DNA of 64,000 nucleotides from Escherichia coli (GTDB lineage Bacteria; Pseudomonadota; Gammaproteobacteria; Enterobacterales; Enterobacteriaceae): NCBI RefSeq assembly GCF_048403405.1, contig NZ_CP183129.1; one strand, 5' to 3'. Shown piece by piece: positions 36,453 to 48,530 of this stretch (position 1 is its first letter; each line of letters starts with the position of its first letter). The notes under the pieces were generated by a model. It saw only the letters and a program-made list of their open reading frames with translations, ran no database searches and was not told where the DNA came from. The position numbers and the translations under genes were made by a program.

Positions 36453-38483
36453 TCACTGTTGCCCAGCCCAGATGACCAGCACTTTATCGTCGCCATGCTC
36501 ACGAACAAAGCCGTAGCCCTGCTTCAGCGAAAGTGTCGTTTGTTTGCCCTCGCCAATTGCGGGATGGCGGGCGCGGAACTGGCTGATTTTCTGCCAGTGC
36601 GCGACGCTGGCGGCAGATTTACCGCTAACATCCTGCCAGTTCATATCCGAACGCGTACCTTGCAGCGGATCCGAACCGGTGGGGCCGAACGGACGCGAGG
36701 ATTCATCACCATAAAAGATTTGTACCGCGCCTGGCGCTAATAATAATAACTCTGCTGCTTTGTCGCCCCCTTCACGGAACAGGCGGGTATCATGCGATGA
36801 GAGGTAGCTCAACACGTTGAAATCCTGCAATTTCTCCGCCATTTGCTGCCAGGTCGTATCCATCTGCGCCAGACAATCGACTGCTTTAGCCGCCTGCTCC
36901 TGATAATCGAAATTGATCATCGCATCGAAGCCGTGGCGATAGTAATCACTTTGCATCACGCCGTGGCCCCAGGCTTCACCGGTCATCCAGAACGGTTTGT
37001 CATCTAATGTTTTGTCGGGGTTAGCTTTTTTCCATTCGCGAAGTGCGGCGCTGGCTTCGGATTTCAGTTGCTGCCAGGCGGGCAACTCAACATGTTTGGC
37101 GGTGTCGACCCGAAAACCATCAATCCCATAGTCGCGGACCCACTGACTTAACCAGTGGGTTAAGTAATCGCGAGGGGTAAAGCCGTCGATGACTTTAGCG
37201 TGGGTATCCGTTTTGTTTTTATAGAACACCGGCAGACCAGAAGCGGTCGTTGATTCGGTTTTGATATCCGGCAAAAAGGCCAGCGACATAGTGAGATCGT
37301 CGAATCCAGGATTGTCGTAATCGCCGATATCGGTTCTGATCCAGTTTTTTCCCCACCATTTATCCCAGCCTGTTTTGTCGCTGAAATTAATGTAATCGTT
37401 AAAGCTATGCCAGGTTTGCCCGGCGGCAGGTTTCCAGTCGCTCCAGCGTTCACCCAACGTTTTTTTCACTTCGTCACCAGAAAGATATAACGCGCCAAAC
37501 TGATACTCCTGCATATCCGCCAGCGTGGCATAGCCAGTGTGGTTCATCACGACATCAAAGAGAATACGAATACCGCGCTGATGTGCGTTATCAACCAGCG
37601 TCCGTAGATCGGCTTCGCTGCCCATATTGGCATCAAGATTCGTCCAGTCCTGTGTGTAATAACCGTGGTAGGCATAATGCGGGAAGTCGCCTTTTGTACC
37701 GCCGCCGACCCAGCCGTGAATTTGCTCAAATGGGGCGCTTATCCATAAAGCATTGACGCCCAACTGCTTGAGGTAATCCAGTTTGTTGGTCAGGCCGAGT
37801 AAATCACCACCGTGGAAAGTGCCAATTTCTGCCATACCGTCTTTATGACGTCCGTAACTCTGGTCATTACTGGGATCGCCGTTTTCGAAACGATCTGTCA
37901 GCACAAAGTAAACTGTGGCGTTATGCCAGTCAAAAGGGGCAGGGGCGTCAGTTTCTGCCCGTTCCAGCAGGAGTAAACCGTTGCTGGTGGCAGCGGGTTG
38001 TAACGTTATTTGACCGTTCTTCACTATCGCAATTTGCTGGCTGTAATAATCCCGGACTGCGGCTCCCTCCGGAAAAGTGGCGCTGACATCCAGTGTGAGC
38101 GGTAATCCATCCCATTTCGGGCATTCACGGACCAGGCTTGCTACCGGTTCGACGGCGTTCTGGATGGAAATCATCAATGTTGGTGTACCGGAGCGGGTGT
38201 CTATTTGCAGTGTATATTCGCCGTCCCTGAACAATCGCCATTGAGGCGGCGTGTTGCTACAAGGTTGCAGGGAAAGCATCTGATTGAGTTTTATCGCATC
38301 CACAGGCTGCCAGCACTGTTGGTCAAAATTTAGCGTTAGTGGACGCGTACCTTTGGGCAACTGCGCGTGGCTGACAAATGTTCCCGTCCCCTGTTCGCTA
38401 AAGGCGGGAAACCCCGGAGAAGTCCAGCTGGCGGCAACGGCGAAGCCAGGAAGGAGTGTCAGAAAACAGGCGGCGAGTTTCAT
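36453..38483 (-). CDS. malS: periplasmic alpha-amylase
   Basis: 676-aa ORF with signal peptide and GH13 alpha-amylase sequence. Confidence 0.95.
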   Translation of the reverse strand: MKLAACFLTLLPGFAVAASWTSPGFPAFSEQGTGTFVSHAQLPKGTRPLTLNFDQQCWQPVDAIKLNQMLSLQPCSNTPPQWRLFRDGEYTLQIDTRSGTPTLMISIQNAVEPVASLVRECPKWDGLPLTLDVSATFPEGAAVRDYYSQQIAIVKNGQITLQPAATSNGLLLLERAETDAPAPFDWHNATVYFVLTDRFENGDPSNDQSYGRHKDGMAEIGTFHGGDLLGLTNKLDYLKQLGVNALWISAPFEQIHGWVGGGTKGDFPHYAYHGYYTQDWTNLDANMGSEADLRTLVDNAHQRGIRILFDVVMNHTGYATLADMQEYQFGALYLSGDEVKKTLGERWSDWKPAAGQTWHSFNDYINFSDKTGWDKWWGKNWIRTDIGDYDNPGFDDLTMSLAFLPDIKTESTTASGLPVFYKNKTDTHAKVIDGFTPRDYLTHWLSQWVRDYGIDGFRVDTAKHVELPAWQQLKSEASAALREWKKANPDKTLDDKPFWMTGEAWGHGVMQSDYYRHGFDAMINFDYQEQAAKAVDCLAQMDTTWQQMAEKLQDFNVLSYLSSHDTRLFREGGDKAAELLLLAPGAVQIFYGDESSRPFGPTGSDPLQGTRSDMNWQDVSGKSAASVAHWQKISQFRARHPAIGEGKQTTLSLKQGYGFVREHGDDKVLVIWAGQQ

Positions 38484-38804
38484 GGCGGATGAGTCCTTAT
38501 TGCTGCGATTTCAGACAGTTTGCCAGCGATAAACCAGACAAAACTCATCCCTGAGCGGTAAGTCCACAGGATGAGAAGCAAGGGTGAGCGATCGCGCGCA
38601 AAAAACGGCTGAATTTTGCGATAAACCCCACATTTTCTGCGATTTAGCGCCAATCTGAATCGTTAACTCGTGACATAGTTTCAGATTTGGACTATTCCTT
38701 GGGGTGCTCTTGACAGCTATTTTTGATATGATTTGAGATTCAACTCTCAAATTTGTAAAAAAAATATAAGGTGTTGGAATGATTAAATCCAACCAGGAGA
38801 CCTG

Positions 38805-39629
38805 ATGATTTTGACTCCCATACGACGATATGGGGCGATGATTCTTATGTTACTCACTCTGGTGTTTTCGAGTGAGGTGTTAGCGAAGACGCACACAACA
38901 ACAGCGAGTCAAAAGTCCCACTTAACTAAAGCTAGTAATAAACAGGTAAGCAGTAAACAAGAGTATTCTCGCAATAGTGCAAAGAGTAGTTCACTTCCTG
39001 ATTTGCGAAAATACCCTTCCGGAACACCAAGGAAAAAGGCGTTTCTCCGGACTGTAATGCCTTACATTACCAGCCAAAATGCGGCCATTACTGCGGAACG
39101 TAACTGGCTCATTTCAAAACAGTATCAGGGCCAATGGTCACCTGCTGAGCGTGCGCGTCTGAAAGACATCGCCAAACGCTACAAGGTGAAGTGGTCTGGT
39201 AATACGCGAAAAATCCCGTGGAATACCTTGCTTGAACGCGTAGACATTATCCCTACCAGTATGGTGGCGACGATGGCTGCAGCAGAAAGCGGTTGGGGAA
39301 CGTCAAAGCTGGCGCGCAACAACAACAATCTGTTCGGCATGAAATGCATGAAAGGACGTTGTACCAATGCGCCGGGTAAAGTGAAAGGGTACTCACAGTT
39401 TAGTTCTGTCAAAGAATCGGTGAGCGCCTATGTCACTAACCTGAATACGCACCCGGCTTACTCTTCGTTCCGTAAATCGCGTGCACAGCTGCGTAAAGCG
39501 GATCAGGAAGTGACTGCCACAGCGATGATTCACAAGCTGAAGGGCTACTCGACCAAAGGGAAGAGTTATAACAACTACTTGTTCGCAATGTACCAGGATA
39601 ACCAACGGTTAATCGCGGCGCATATGTAA
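38805..39629 (+). CDS. bax: Bax protein (glucosaminidase-domain protein)
   Basis: 274-aa ORF; position between malS and xylR. Confidence 0.85.
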   Translation: MILTPIRRYGAMILMLLTLVFSSEVLAKTHTTTASQKSHLTKASNKQVSSKQEYSRNSAKSSSLPDLRKYPSGTPRKKAFLRTVMPYITSQNAAITAERNWLISKQYQGQWSPAERARLKDIAKRYKVKWSGNTRKIPWNTLLERVDIIPTSMVATMAAAESGWGTSKLARNNNNLFGMKCMKGRCTNAPGKVKGYSQFSSVKESVSAYVTNLNTHPAYSSFRKSRAQLRKADQEVTATAMIHKLKGYSTKGKSYNNYLFAMYQDNQRLIAAHM

Positions 39630-39643
39630 TTGCATTTCCTCGA

Positions 39644-39679
39644 GCCTTATCCGACTTGCCAGTCGGATAAGGCTTTTGC
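39644..39679 (+). terminator. rho-independent terminator downstream of bax
   Basis: 12-bp perfect stem gccttatccgac / gtcggataaggc followed by ttttgc. Confidence 0.65.
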
Positions 39680-39681
39680 TC

Positions 39682-39713
39682 GCATCAGGTGGTTGTGCTG
39701 AGTTACCTGATGC
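39682..39713. repeat. REP-like palindrome
   Basis: gcatcaggt ... acctgatgc inverted repeat in the bax/xylR intergenic region. Confidence 0.5.
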
Positions 39714-39736
39714 GACGCCGACAATTCTCATCATCG

Positions 39737-40915
39737 CTACAACATGACCTCGCTATTTACATCGCGATACTCTTTTGGCGTCGTGTCATATGCTTTTTTA
39801 AAAACAGAGTAGAAATATTGCAGCGATGGATAACCGCACATTTGCGATATCTCATTGATCGACAAGGTGGTTGAAATCAGCAGACTGCGCGCTTTCTCCA
39901 GCTTCTCGGCATGAATCATGGCATGGATGGTTTCCCCCACCTCTTCTTTAAAACGCTTCTCAAGATTGGAGCGCGAGATCCCGACCGCATCCAGTACCTG
40001 ATCCACTTTAATCCCTTTACAGGCGTGATTACGAATGTAATGCATGGCCTGAATAACGGCGGGATCGGTCAGCGAGCGGTAATCTGTTGAGCGCCGTTCA
40101 ATGACGCGAACTGGTGGGACCAAAATCCGCTGTAGCGGCATTTCTTCTTTATCTAATAATCGATGCAACAGTTTTGCCGCCTGATAGCCCATTTGCCGTG
40201 CGCCCTGAGCGACCGAAGAAAGGGCGACACGCGACAGATAGCGGGTCAGTTCTTCGTTATCGATGCCAATCACGCATAATTTTTCCGGTACGGGAATGTG
40301 TAGATGTTCACATACTTGCAGAATATGCCGCGCCCGGGCGTCAGTAACGGCAATAATCCCGGTTTGCGGTGGCAGCGTTTGTAGCCAGTCTGCCAGCCGA
40401 TTTTGCGCGTGTTGCCAGTTCTCTGGCGCGGTTTCTAACCCCTGATAAACCACTCCGCGATACTTTTCTTCGGCGACAAGCTGACGAAATGCATATTCGC
40501 GTTCAGTGGCCCAACGTTTACCGCTTGATTCCGGAAGACCATAAAAAGCAAAGCGGTTAACGCCTTTCTCTTTTAAATGCAAAAATGCGCTTTCAACCAG
40601 CGCATAGTTATCGGTGGCAATGTAATGAACGGGTGGGTAACTTTCGGCAAGGTGATACGAGCCACCAACCCCAACAATGGGGACGTCGACATCAGCCAGC
40701 GCTTGCTCGATTTGTTTGTCGTCGAAGTCGGCAATGACGCCATCTCCTAACCAGTCCTTGATTTTATCAATGCGGGCGCGGAAATCTTCTTCAATGAAAA
40801 TATCCCATTCCGATTGTGACGCCTGTAAATATTCCCCTACGCCTTCTACTACCTGCCGGTCATAGGCTTTATTGGCATTGAACAGTAATGTGATGCGGTG
40901 ACGTTTAGTAAACAT
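39737..40915 (-). CDS. xylR: xylose operon transcriptional activator (AraC family with periplasmic-binding-like domain)
   Basis: 392-aa ORF; C-terminal AraC HTH; location. Confidence 0.95.
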   Translation of the reverse strand: MFTKRHRITLLFNANKAYDRQVVEGVGEYLQASQSEWDIFIEEDFRARIDKIKDWLGDGVIADFDDKQIEQALADVDVPIVGVGGSYHLAESYPPVHYIATDNYALVESAFLHLKEKGVNRFAFYGLPESSGKRWATEREYAFRQLVAEEKYRGVVYQGLETAPENWQHAQNRLADWLQTLPPQTGIIAVTDARARHILQVCEHLHIPVPEKLCVIGIDNEELTRYLSRVALSSVAQGARQMGYQAAKLLHRLLDKEEMPLQRILVPPVRVIERRSTDYRSLTDPAVIQAMHYIRNHACKGIKVDQVLDAVGISRSNLEKRFKEEVGETIHAMIHAEKLEKARSLLISTTLSINEISQMCGYPSLQYFYSVFKKAYDTTPKEYRDVNSEVML

Positions 40916-40992
40916 GGTTCTTTTCCTGCTGAATCATGCAAAAACTCAAAACCGGTAATACGTTACCGGCTTTGAGAAAATTTTTATCAAAA

Positions 40993-42174
40993 TCAAGAAC
41001 GGCGTTTGGTTGCGGAGTCCATCCATACTGCCAGCAACAGAATCGCACCTTTAACGATATACTGCCAGAAGGTCGGTACATCCATCATACTCATGCCGTT
41101 ATCCAGTGAAGCCATGATGAATGCCCCCATAACCGCTCCGGCCACGCTCCCGACGCCGCCTGCCAGACTGGTGCCGCCAATCACACATGCGGCAATTGCG
41201 TCCAGTTCGGCGATATTTCCCGCAGAAGGTGAACCAGCGCCAAGTCGAGAACTGAGGATTAATCCGGCGATAGCGACCATTAATCCGTTAATAGCGAATA
41301 CGGCAAGTTTGGTGCGTTCAACGTTAATCCCGGAGAGACGTGCTGCTTCCAGATTGCCGCCGATGGCATAAATGCGTCGTCCAAATGCCGTCCGCGTTGC
41401 CATAAACATTCCGCCGAGTAACAGCAACGTCAGCATCAGAACAGGAGTGGGAACGCCACGGTAATCGTTCAACAGCCAGATTGCGCCTAAGACGATAATC
41501 GCCGTTAATGCCTGGCGACCGACAACTGCGGTAGAGGCCGGAGACTGCAAACCCAAAGCCTGACGGCGCATTCTTCCGCGCCATTGCCAGCCAACAAAAG
41601 CCATTAAGCCAAGCGCGCCAATGATGAAGCCGGTGCTGGCGGGTAGATAGCTTTGCCCGATTTGTGACATCGCGGCGCTGGTGGGGGAAACAGTCGTGCC
41701 GTTGGTGATGCCAATGAGTATGCCGCGAAATGCCAACATGCCCGCGAGGGTGACAATAAATGAAGGGACTTTGCGGTACGCGACCCACCATCCGTTCCAG
41801 GCACCGAGAAGCAGTCCCAGAACCAAAGTCACAATGATGGTAAGTGGCAAAGGCCAGCCTAGCCAGACGTCACAAATCGCCGCGACGCCACCTAATAGCC
41901 CCATCATTGAGCCGACGGAAAGGTCGATTTCAGCAGAAATTATGACGAACACCATTCCTACCGCGAGGATGCCGGTAATCGCGGTCTGGCGTAACAGGTT
42001 GGAGACGTTACGAGCGCTTAAGTAGGCACCATCGGTGGTCCAGGTAAAGAACAGCATGATTGCGATGATAGCTGCAATCATCACGAAGACCTGCAAATTC
42101 AGTGACTTCAACCCGGAAAAGCCACCGGATGTCGGTACGGCCAATTTCACTTCAGACGGATTGCTTTTCGACAT
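40993..42174 (-). CDS. xylH: xylose ABC transporter permease
   Basis: 393-aa polytopic membrane ORF. Confidence 0.95.
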   Translation of the reverse strand: MSKSNPSEVKLAVPTSGGFSGLKSLNLQVFVMIAAIIAIMLFFTWTTDGAYLSARNVSNLLRQTAITGILAVGMVFVIISAEIDLSVGSMMGLLGGVAAICDVWLGWPLPLTIIVTLVLGLLLGAWNGWWVAYRKVPSFIVTLAGMLAFRGILIGITNGTTVSPTSAAMSQIGQSYLPASTGFIIGALGLMAFVGWQWRGRMRRQALGLQSPASTAVVGRQALTAIIVLGAIWLLNDYRGVPTPVLMLTLLLLGGMFMATRTAFGRRIYAIGGNLEAARLSGINVERTKLAVFAINGLMVAIAGLILSSRLGAGSPSAGNIAELDAIAACVIGGTSLAGGVGSVAGAVMGAFIMASLDNGMSMMDVPTFWQYIVKGAILLLAVWMDSATKRRS

Positions 42175-43693
42175 GATGTTCGCTCCTCAATGCGGCTTCC
42201 ATCACCTGCTCCTGAGTCAGGTTATGATTTATCAGGTTGGCTTTTAGTTTCCCTTCATGCATCACCAGTACACGATCGCTAAGGCCGAGCACTTCAGGTA
42301 ATTCGGAAGAGATGACAATAACGGCAATACCCTGCTGGACGAGTTGGTTAATTAATTTGTAGATCTCGTATTTCGCGCCAATATCGATACCCCTGGTGGG
42401 CTCATCAAGAATGAGAATGCGCGGGTTGAGTAACAGGCAGCGAGCGAGGATCGCTTTTTGCTGATTACCGCCGCTCAAACGTCCAATAGCAAGGTCGGGG
42501 GACGACGTTTTAACTTTGAGTTGCTGGATTGATTCCAGAATACATTTTTGCTCTGCCGCGTCATCAAGCTGGCTAATACCGCCGGTAAATTTATTGAGTG
42601 CGGCGAGGGTAATATTTTTACCAACCGCCATTACCGGAACGATGCCGTCGCGCTTTCTGTCTTCGGGTACCATCGCAATCCCCTGGGCGATGGCTTGCTG
42701 ACAATTACGAATATCTACCTGTTTGCCATCAATATAAATTTTTCCTTCCCATTGTCCGGGCCACACGCCAAACAGGCACTGAATGGTCTCTGTACGTCCG
42801 GCACCAACGAGTCCGGCAATACCTAATATTTCGCCACGTTTCAGGGAAAACGAGACATCATTAACTCGTTTAATATGACGATTAACCGGATGGCATGCCG
42901 TCAGATGTTCAATACGTAATATTTCATCTCCGGTGGTATGTGGTTCATTAGGGTAAAGCGCGGTTAACTCTCGCCCGACCATCATGGTGATAATATCGTC
43001 TTCACTCATTCCGGCAGCATCACGCGTACCAATGTGCTGACCGTCGCGAATAACGCAAATCGTATCGGAAATCGCTTTGACTTCGTTGAGTTTGTGCGAA
43101 ATATAAATACAGGCGATACCGTGCTGTTGCAGATCGCGAATAATATCCAGTAAAACCGACGTTTCCTGCTCAGTTAATGAGGCTGTCGGTTCATCGAGAA
43201 TTAACAAACGCACCTGTTTATTAAGTGCCTTGGCAATTTCAACCAGTTGTTGTTGCCCAAGCCCTAAATCGCCAACGCGGGTATCGGGTGAAATGGATAA
43301 ACTGACCTGTGCGAGCAGCTTCTGACAGCGTAGCGTCATCAGGTCATAATCCATAATGCCATTGTGGGTTATTTCGTTACCCAGGAAGATATTTTCCAGC
43401 ACGGTCAATTCTTTCACCAGGGCCAATTCCTGGTGAATGATGGCGATACCTTTGCGTTCGGTATCGCGGATGTGACTCGCCTGAATCTCTTCTCCCGTAA
43501 AAATAATTTCGCCTTCGTAGGAGCCATGGGGGTAAATACCACACAGCACTTTCATCAGCGTTGATTTACCAGACCCATTTTCCCCACAGAGTGAGACGAT
43601 TTCGCCAGCATTCAACCGCAAGCTGACGTTATCAATCGCCTTCACACTGCCGAAGGTTTTGGTAATGTTCTTCATTTCAAGTAGATAAGGCAT
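42152..43693 (-). CDS. xylG: xylose ABC transporter ATP-binding protein
   Basis: 513-aa ORF with two ABC cassettes (GENGSGKST Walker A). Confidence 0.95.
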   Translation of the reverse strand: MPYLLEMKNITKTFGSVKAIDNVSLRLNAGEIVSLCGENGSGKSTLMKVLCGIYPHGSYEGEIIFTGEEIQASHIRDTERKGIAIIHQELALVKELTVLENIFLGNEITHNGIMDYDLMTLRCQKLLAQVSLSISPDTRVGDLGLGQQQLVEIAKALNKQVRLLILDEPTASLTEQETSVLLDIIRDLQQHGIACIYISHKLNEVKAISDTICVIRDGQHIGTRDAAGMSEDDIITMMVGRELTALYPNEPHTTGDEILRIEHLTACHPVNRHIKRVNDVSFSLKRGEILGIAGLVGAGRTETIQCLFGVWPGQWEGKIYIDGKQVDIRNCQQAIAQGIAMVPEDRKRDGIVPVMAVGKNITLAALNKFTGGISQLDDAAEQKCILESIQQLKVKTSSPDLAIGRLSGGNQQKAILARCLLLNPRILILDEPTRGIDIGAKYEIYKLINQLVQQGIAVIVISSELPEVLGLSDRVLVMHEGKLKANLINHNLTQEQVMEAALRSEHHVEKQSV

Positions 43694-43770
43694 AACGACT
43701 CCACCTAAGCCAATTCATTCACGCGGCATGGAGAGAAATCACGCCCCCGCTCCTCGCCGGGGCGTAACGC

Positions 43771-44763
43771 TTACAGCTCGCTCTCTTTGTGGAATCCGTC
43801 TTTAACTACCGTTTCTTTGATGTTGTTTTTATTCACATCGATCGGTGTCAGCAGGCGGGAGGGAACATCTTTCAGACCATTATTCAGAGTGGTATCTGCT
43901 TTTGGTTCCTGACCATTGCCCAACTCAACGGCAATTTCTGCGGCAGTATTTGCCAACAATGTAATAGGTTTATACACCGTCATAGTTTGCGTACCGGCAG
44001 CAATACGTTTAATACCTGCGAGATCCGCATCCTGGCCGGAAATTGCTACTTTCCCTGATAAACCTTGCGCACTTAATGCCTGAATTGCCCCACCTGCGGT
44101 GGCATCGTTTGAGGCAACTACAGCATCAATTTTGTTATTATTGGCGGTTAGCGCGTTTTCCATAATTTTCAATGCGTTTTCCGGTAACCAGCCATCAACC
44201 CATTGGTCACCAACGACTTTAATTTTTCCGGAATCAACGTAAGGTTTTAACACTTTCATTTGCCCGGCGCGGAACAGCTTGGCGTTGTTATCTACCGGCG
44301 AGCCGCCCATCAGGAAGTAATTACCTTGCGGAACAATATCGACCAGGGCTTTTGCCTGCAGTTCACCGACTTTTTCGTTATCGAAAGAAATATAAAAATC
44401 GATATCCGCATCGTTAATCATACGGTCGTAAGCTAATACTTTAATACCTTCTTGTTTGGCTTCTTTTACAACGTTACTTAATACCTGACCGTTATACGGA
44501 ATAATGACAAGAACATCGACGCCCCGGTTAATCATGTTTTCAATCTGCGACATTTGTGTTTCTTCATTGCCATTTGCAGACTGTACAAATACTTTCGCGC
44601 CGAGAGATTCTGCCTTTTTCACAAAAATATCTCGATCTTTTTGCCAGCGTTCAAGACGGAGATCATCAATCGCCATACCTATTTTGACTTCTTTGGCGTG
44701 TGCCGCAACGTTGGTAAGCAGAAGTGAGGTGCAAAGGGTGAGTAGAATGTTCTTTATTTTCAT
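43771..44763 (-). CDS. xylF: D-xylose ABC transporter periplasmic binding protein
   Basis: 330 aa from the ATG at 44763 (MKIKNILLTL... signal peptide); ORF track extends upstream. Confidence 0.95.
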   Translation of the reverse strand: MKIKNILLTLCTSLLLTNVAAHAKEVKIGMAIDDLRLERWQKDRDIFVKKAESLGAKVFVQSANGNEETQMSQIENMINRGVDVLVIIPYNGQVLSNVVKEAKQEGIKVLAYDRMINDADIDFYISFDNEKVGELQAKALVDIVPQGNYFLMGGSPVDNNAKLFRAGQMKVLKPYVDSGKIKVVGDQWVDGWLPENALKIMENALTANNNKIDAVVASNDATAGGAIQALSAQGLSGKVAISGQDADLAGIKRIAAGTQTMTVYKPITLLANTAAEIAVELGNGQEPKADTTLNNGLKDVPSRLLTPIDVNKNNIKETVVKDGFHKESEL

Positions 44764-45128
44764 GGTGTAGGGCCTTCTGTAGGTAGAGGACAGCTTTAAT
44801 AAGTAACAATCACCGCGATAAACGTAACCAATTTTTAGCAACTAAACAGGGGAAAACAATTACAGATTTTTATCTTTCGATTACGATTTTTGGTTTATTT
44901 CTTGATTTATGACCGAGATCTTACTTTTGTTGCGCAATTGTACTTATTGCATTTTTCTCTTCGAGGAATTACCCAGTTTCCTCATTCCATTTTATTTTGC
45001 GAGCGAGCGCACACTTGTGAATTATCTCAATAGCAGTGTGAAATAACATAATTGAGCAACTGAAAGGGAGTGCCCAATATTACGACATCATCCATCACCC
45101 GCGGCATTACCTGATTATGGAGTTCAAT
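44764..45128. promoter_or_regulatory. divergent xylA / xylF promoter region (expected XylR and CRP sites)
   Basis: intergenic region between divergent xylF and xylA; individual sites not mapped, assignment rests on established knowledge of the xyl regulon. Confidence 0.5.
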
Positions 45129-46451
45129 ATGCAAGCCTATTTTGACCAGCTCGATCGCGTTCGTTATGAAGGCTCAAAATCCTCTAACCCGTTAGCATTC
45201 CATCACTATAATCCCGACGAACTGGTGTTGGGCAAGCGTATGGAAGAGCACTTGCGATTTGCCGCCTGCTACTGGCACACCTTCTGCTGGAACGGGGCGG
45301 ACATGTTTGGTGTGGGGGCGTTTAATCGTCCGTGGCAGCAGCCTGGTGAGGCACTGGCGTTGGCGAAGCGTAAAGCAGATGTCGCATTTGAGTTTTTCCA
45401 CAAGTTACATGTGCCATTTTATTGCTTCCACGACGTGGATGTTTCCCCTGAGGGCGCGTCGTTAAAAGAGTACATCAATAATTTTGCGCAAATGGTTGAT
45501 GTCCTGGCAGGCAAGCAAGAAGAGAGCGGCGTGAAGCTGCTGTGGGGAACCGCTAACTGCTTTACAAACCCTCGCTACGGCGCGGGTGCGGCGACGAACC
45601 CAGATCCTGAAGTCTTCAGCTGGGCGGCAACGCAAGTTGTTACAGCGATGGAAGCAACCCATAAATTGGGTGGTGAAAACTATGTCCTGTGGGGCGGTCG
45701 TGAAGGTTACGAAACGCTGTTAAATACCGACCTGCGTCAGGAGCGTGAACAACTGGGCCGCTTTATGCAGATGGTGGTTGAGCATAAACATAAAATCGGC
45801 TTCCAGGGTACGTTGCTTATCGAACCGAAACCGCAAGAACCGACCAAACATCAATATGATTACGATGCTGCGACAGTCTATGGCTTCCTGAAACAGTTTG
45901 GTCTGGAAAAAGAGATTAAACTGAACATTGAAGCTAACCACGCGACGCTGGCAGGTCACTCTTTCCATCATGAAATAGCCACCGCCATTGCGCTTGGCCT
46001 GTTCGGTTCTGTCGACGCTAACCGTGGCGATGCACAACTGGGCTGGGATACCGACCAGTTCCCGAACAGTGTGGAAGAGAATGCGCTGGTGATGTATGAA
46101 ATTCTCAAAGCAGGCGGTTTCACCACCGGCGGTCTGAACTTCGATGCCAAAGTACGTCGTCAAAGTACTGATAAATATGATCTGTTTTACGGTCATATCG
46201 GCGCGATGGATACGATGGCGTTGGCGCTGAAAATTGCAGCACGCATGATTGAAGATGGTGAGCTGGATAAACGCATCGCGCAGCGTTATTCCGGCTGGAA
46301 TAGCGAATTAGGCCAGCAAATCCTGAAAGGCCAAATGTCACTGGCAGATTTAGCCAAATATGCTCAGGAACACAATTTGTCTCCGGTGCATCAGAGTGGT
46401 CGCCAGGAGCAACTGGAAAATCTGGTAAACCATTATCTGTTCGACAAATAA
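45129..46451 (+). CDS. xylA: xylose isomerase
   Basis: 440 aa from the ATG at 45129 ([11 protein letters not shown]...). Confidence 0.95.
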   Translation: MQAYFDQLDRVRYEGSKSSNPLAFHHYNPDELVLGKRMEEHLRFAACYWHTFCWNGADMFGVGAFNRPWQQPGEALALAKRKADVAFEFFHKLHVPFYCFHDVDVSPEGASLKEYINNFAQMVDVLAGKQEESGVKLLWGTANCFTNPRYGAGAATNPDPEVFSWAATQVVTAMEATHKLGGENYVLWGGREGYETLLNTDLRQEREQLGRFMQMVVEHKHKIGFQGTLLIEPKPQEPTKHQYDYDAATVYGFLKQFGLEKEIKLNIEANHATLAGHSFHHEIATAIALGLFGSVDANRGDAQLGWDTDQFPNSVEENALVMYEILKAGGFTTGGLNFDAKVRRQSTDKYDLFYGHIGAMDTMALALKIAARMIEDGELDKRIAQRYSGWNSELGQQILKGQMSLADLAKYAQEHNLSPVHQSGRQEQLENLVNHYLFDK

Positions 46452-46522
46452 CGGCTAACTGTGCAGTCCGTTGGCCCGGTTATCGGTAGCGATACCGGGC
46501 ATTTTTTTAAGGAACGATCGAT

Positions 46523-47976
46523 ATGTATATCGGGATAGATCTTGGCACCTCGGGCGTAAAAGTTATTTTGCTCAACGAGCAGGGCGAGGTGGTTGCTTCG
46601 CAAACGGAAAAGCTGACCGTTTCGCGCCCGCATCCACTCTGGTCGGAACAAGACCCGGAACAGTGGTGGCAGGCAACTGATCGCGCAATGAAAGCCCTGG
46701 GCGATCAGCATTCTCTGCAGGACGTTAAAGCATTGGGTATTGCCGGCCAGATGCACGGTGCAACCTTACTGGATGCCCAGCAACGGTTATTACGCCCTGC
46801 CATTTTGTGGAACGACGGGCGCTGTGCGCAAGAGTGCGCTTTGCTGGAAGCGCGAGTTCCGCAATCGCGGGTGATTACCGGTAACCTGATGATGCCCGGA
46901 TTTACTGCGCCTAAATTGCTATGGGTTCAGCGGCATGAGCCGGAGATATTCCGTCAAATCGACAAAGTATTGTTACCGAAAGATTACTTGCGTCTGCGTA
47001 TGACGGGGGAGTTTGCCAGCGATATGTCTGACGCAGCTGGCACCATGTGGCTGGATGTCGCAAAGCGTGACTGGAGTGACGTCATGCTGCAGGCTTGCCA
47101 CTTATCTCGTGACCAGATGCCCGCATTATACGAAGGCAGCGAAATTACTGGTGCTTTGTTACCTGAAGTTGCGAAAGCGTGGGGTATGGCGGCGGTGCCA
47201 GTTGTCGCAGGCGGTGGTGATAATGCAGCTGGTGCGGTTGGTGTAGGAATGGTTGATGCTAATCAGGCAATGTTATCGCTGGGGACGTCGGGGGTCTATT
47301 TTGCTGTCAGCGAAGGGTTCTTAAGCAAGCCAGAAAGCGCCGTACACAGCTTTTGCCATGCGCTACCGCAGCGTTGGCATTTAATGTCTGTGATGCTGAG
47401 TGCAGCGTCGTGTCTGGATTGGGCTGCGAAATTAACGGGCCTGAACAATGTCCCAGCTTTAATCGCGGCTGCTCAACAGGCTGATGAAAGTGCCGAGCCA
47501 GTTTGGTTTCTGCCTTATCTTTCCGGCGAGCGTACACCACACAATAATCCCCAGGCGAAGGGGGTTTTCTTTGGTTTGACTCATCAACATGGCCCCAATG
47601 AACTGGCGCGAGCAGTGCTGGAAGGCGTGGGTTATGCGCTGGCAGATGGCATGGATGTCGTGCATGCCTGCGGCATTAAACCGCAAAGTGTTACGTTGAT
47701 TGGTGGCGGGGCGCGTAGTGAGTACTGGCGTCAGATGCTGGCGGATATCAGCGGTCAGCGGCTCGATTACCGTACGGGGGGGATGTGGGGCCAGCACTGG
47801 GCGCAGCAAGGCTGGCGCAGATTGCGGCGAATCCAGAGAAATCGCTCATTGAGTTGTTGCCGCAACTGCCGTTAGAACAGTCGCATCTACCAGATGCGCA
47901 GCGTTATGCCGCTTATCAGCCACGACGTGAAACGTTCCGTCGCCTCTATCAGCAACTTCTGCCATTAATGGCGTAA
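46523..47976 (+). pseudogene. xylB: xylulokinase, interrupted by a -1 frameshift in a G7 run (47776..47782)
   Basis: ORF 46523..47875 ends in an aberrant tail (..RTGGMWGQHW..) while the overlapping ORF 47785..47976 in another frame encodes a clean kinase C-terminus (GPALGAARLAQIAANPEK...LLPLMA); one extra G would restore a single 484-codon ORF. Confidence 0.7.
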
Positions 47977-48143
47977 ACGTTATCCCCTGCCTGACCGGGT
48001 GGGGGATAATTCACATCTATATATATCAGTAATTAATTAATATTTAGTATGAATTTATTCTGAAATCATTTGTTAATGGCATTTTTCAGTTTTGTCTTTC
48101 GTTGGTTACTCGTAATGTATCGCTGGTAGATATGGAGATCGTT

Positions 48144-48485
48144 ATGAAAACCTCAAAGACTGTGGCAAAAATATTATTTGTTGTCGGGGCGCTGGTTTAT
48201 CTGCTTGGGCTATGGATCTCATGCCCATTGTTAAGTGGAAAAGGCTATTTTCTTGGCGTGTTAATGACGGCAACTTTTGGCAACTATGCATATCTTCGCG
48301 CAGAAAAACTCGGGCAACTGGATGATTTTTTTACCCACATCTGCCAGTTAGTTGCGTTAATCACTATCGGTCTCTTGTTTATCGGTGTTTTAAACGCACC
48401 TATCAATGCTTATGAAATGGTGATCTACCCTATCGCCTTTTTTGTCTGCTTGTTTGGTCAAATGCGTTTGTTTCGCCCGGCATGA
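48144..48485 (+). CDS. yiaB: small inner membrane protein
   Basis: 113 aa from the ATG at 48144 (MKTSKTVAKILF...); paralogous to the following ORF. Confidence 0.8.
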   Translation: MKTSKTVAKILFVVGALVYLLGLWISCPLLSGKGYFLGVLMTATFGNYAYLRAEKLGQLDDFFTHICQLVALITIGLLFIGVLNAPINAYEMVIYPIAFFVCLFGQMRLFRPA

Positions 48486-48530
48486 GCAACATAAAGCTCT
48501 TACACATTCAGGAATGAAAGGAATACTGTG

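Noticed and set aside
47785-47976. Separate 63-codon gene downstream of xylB
   Set aside because: Its translation is the authentic xylulokinase C-terminus in a shifted frame; it is the displaced end of xylB, not a gene.
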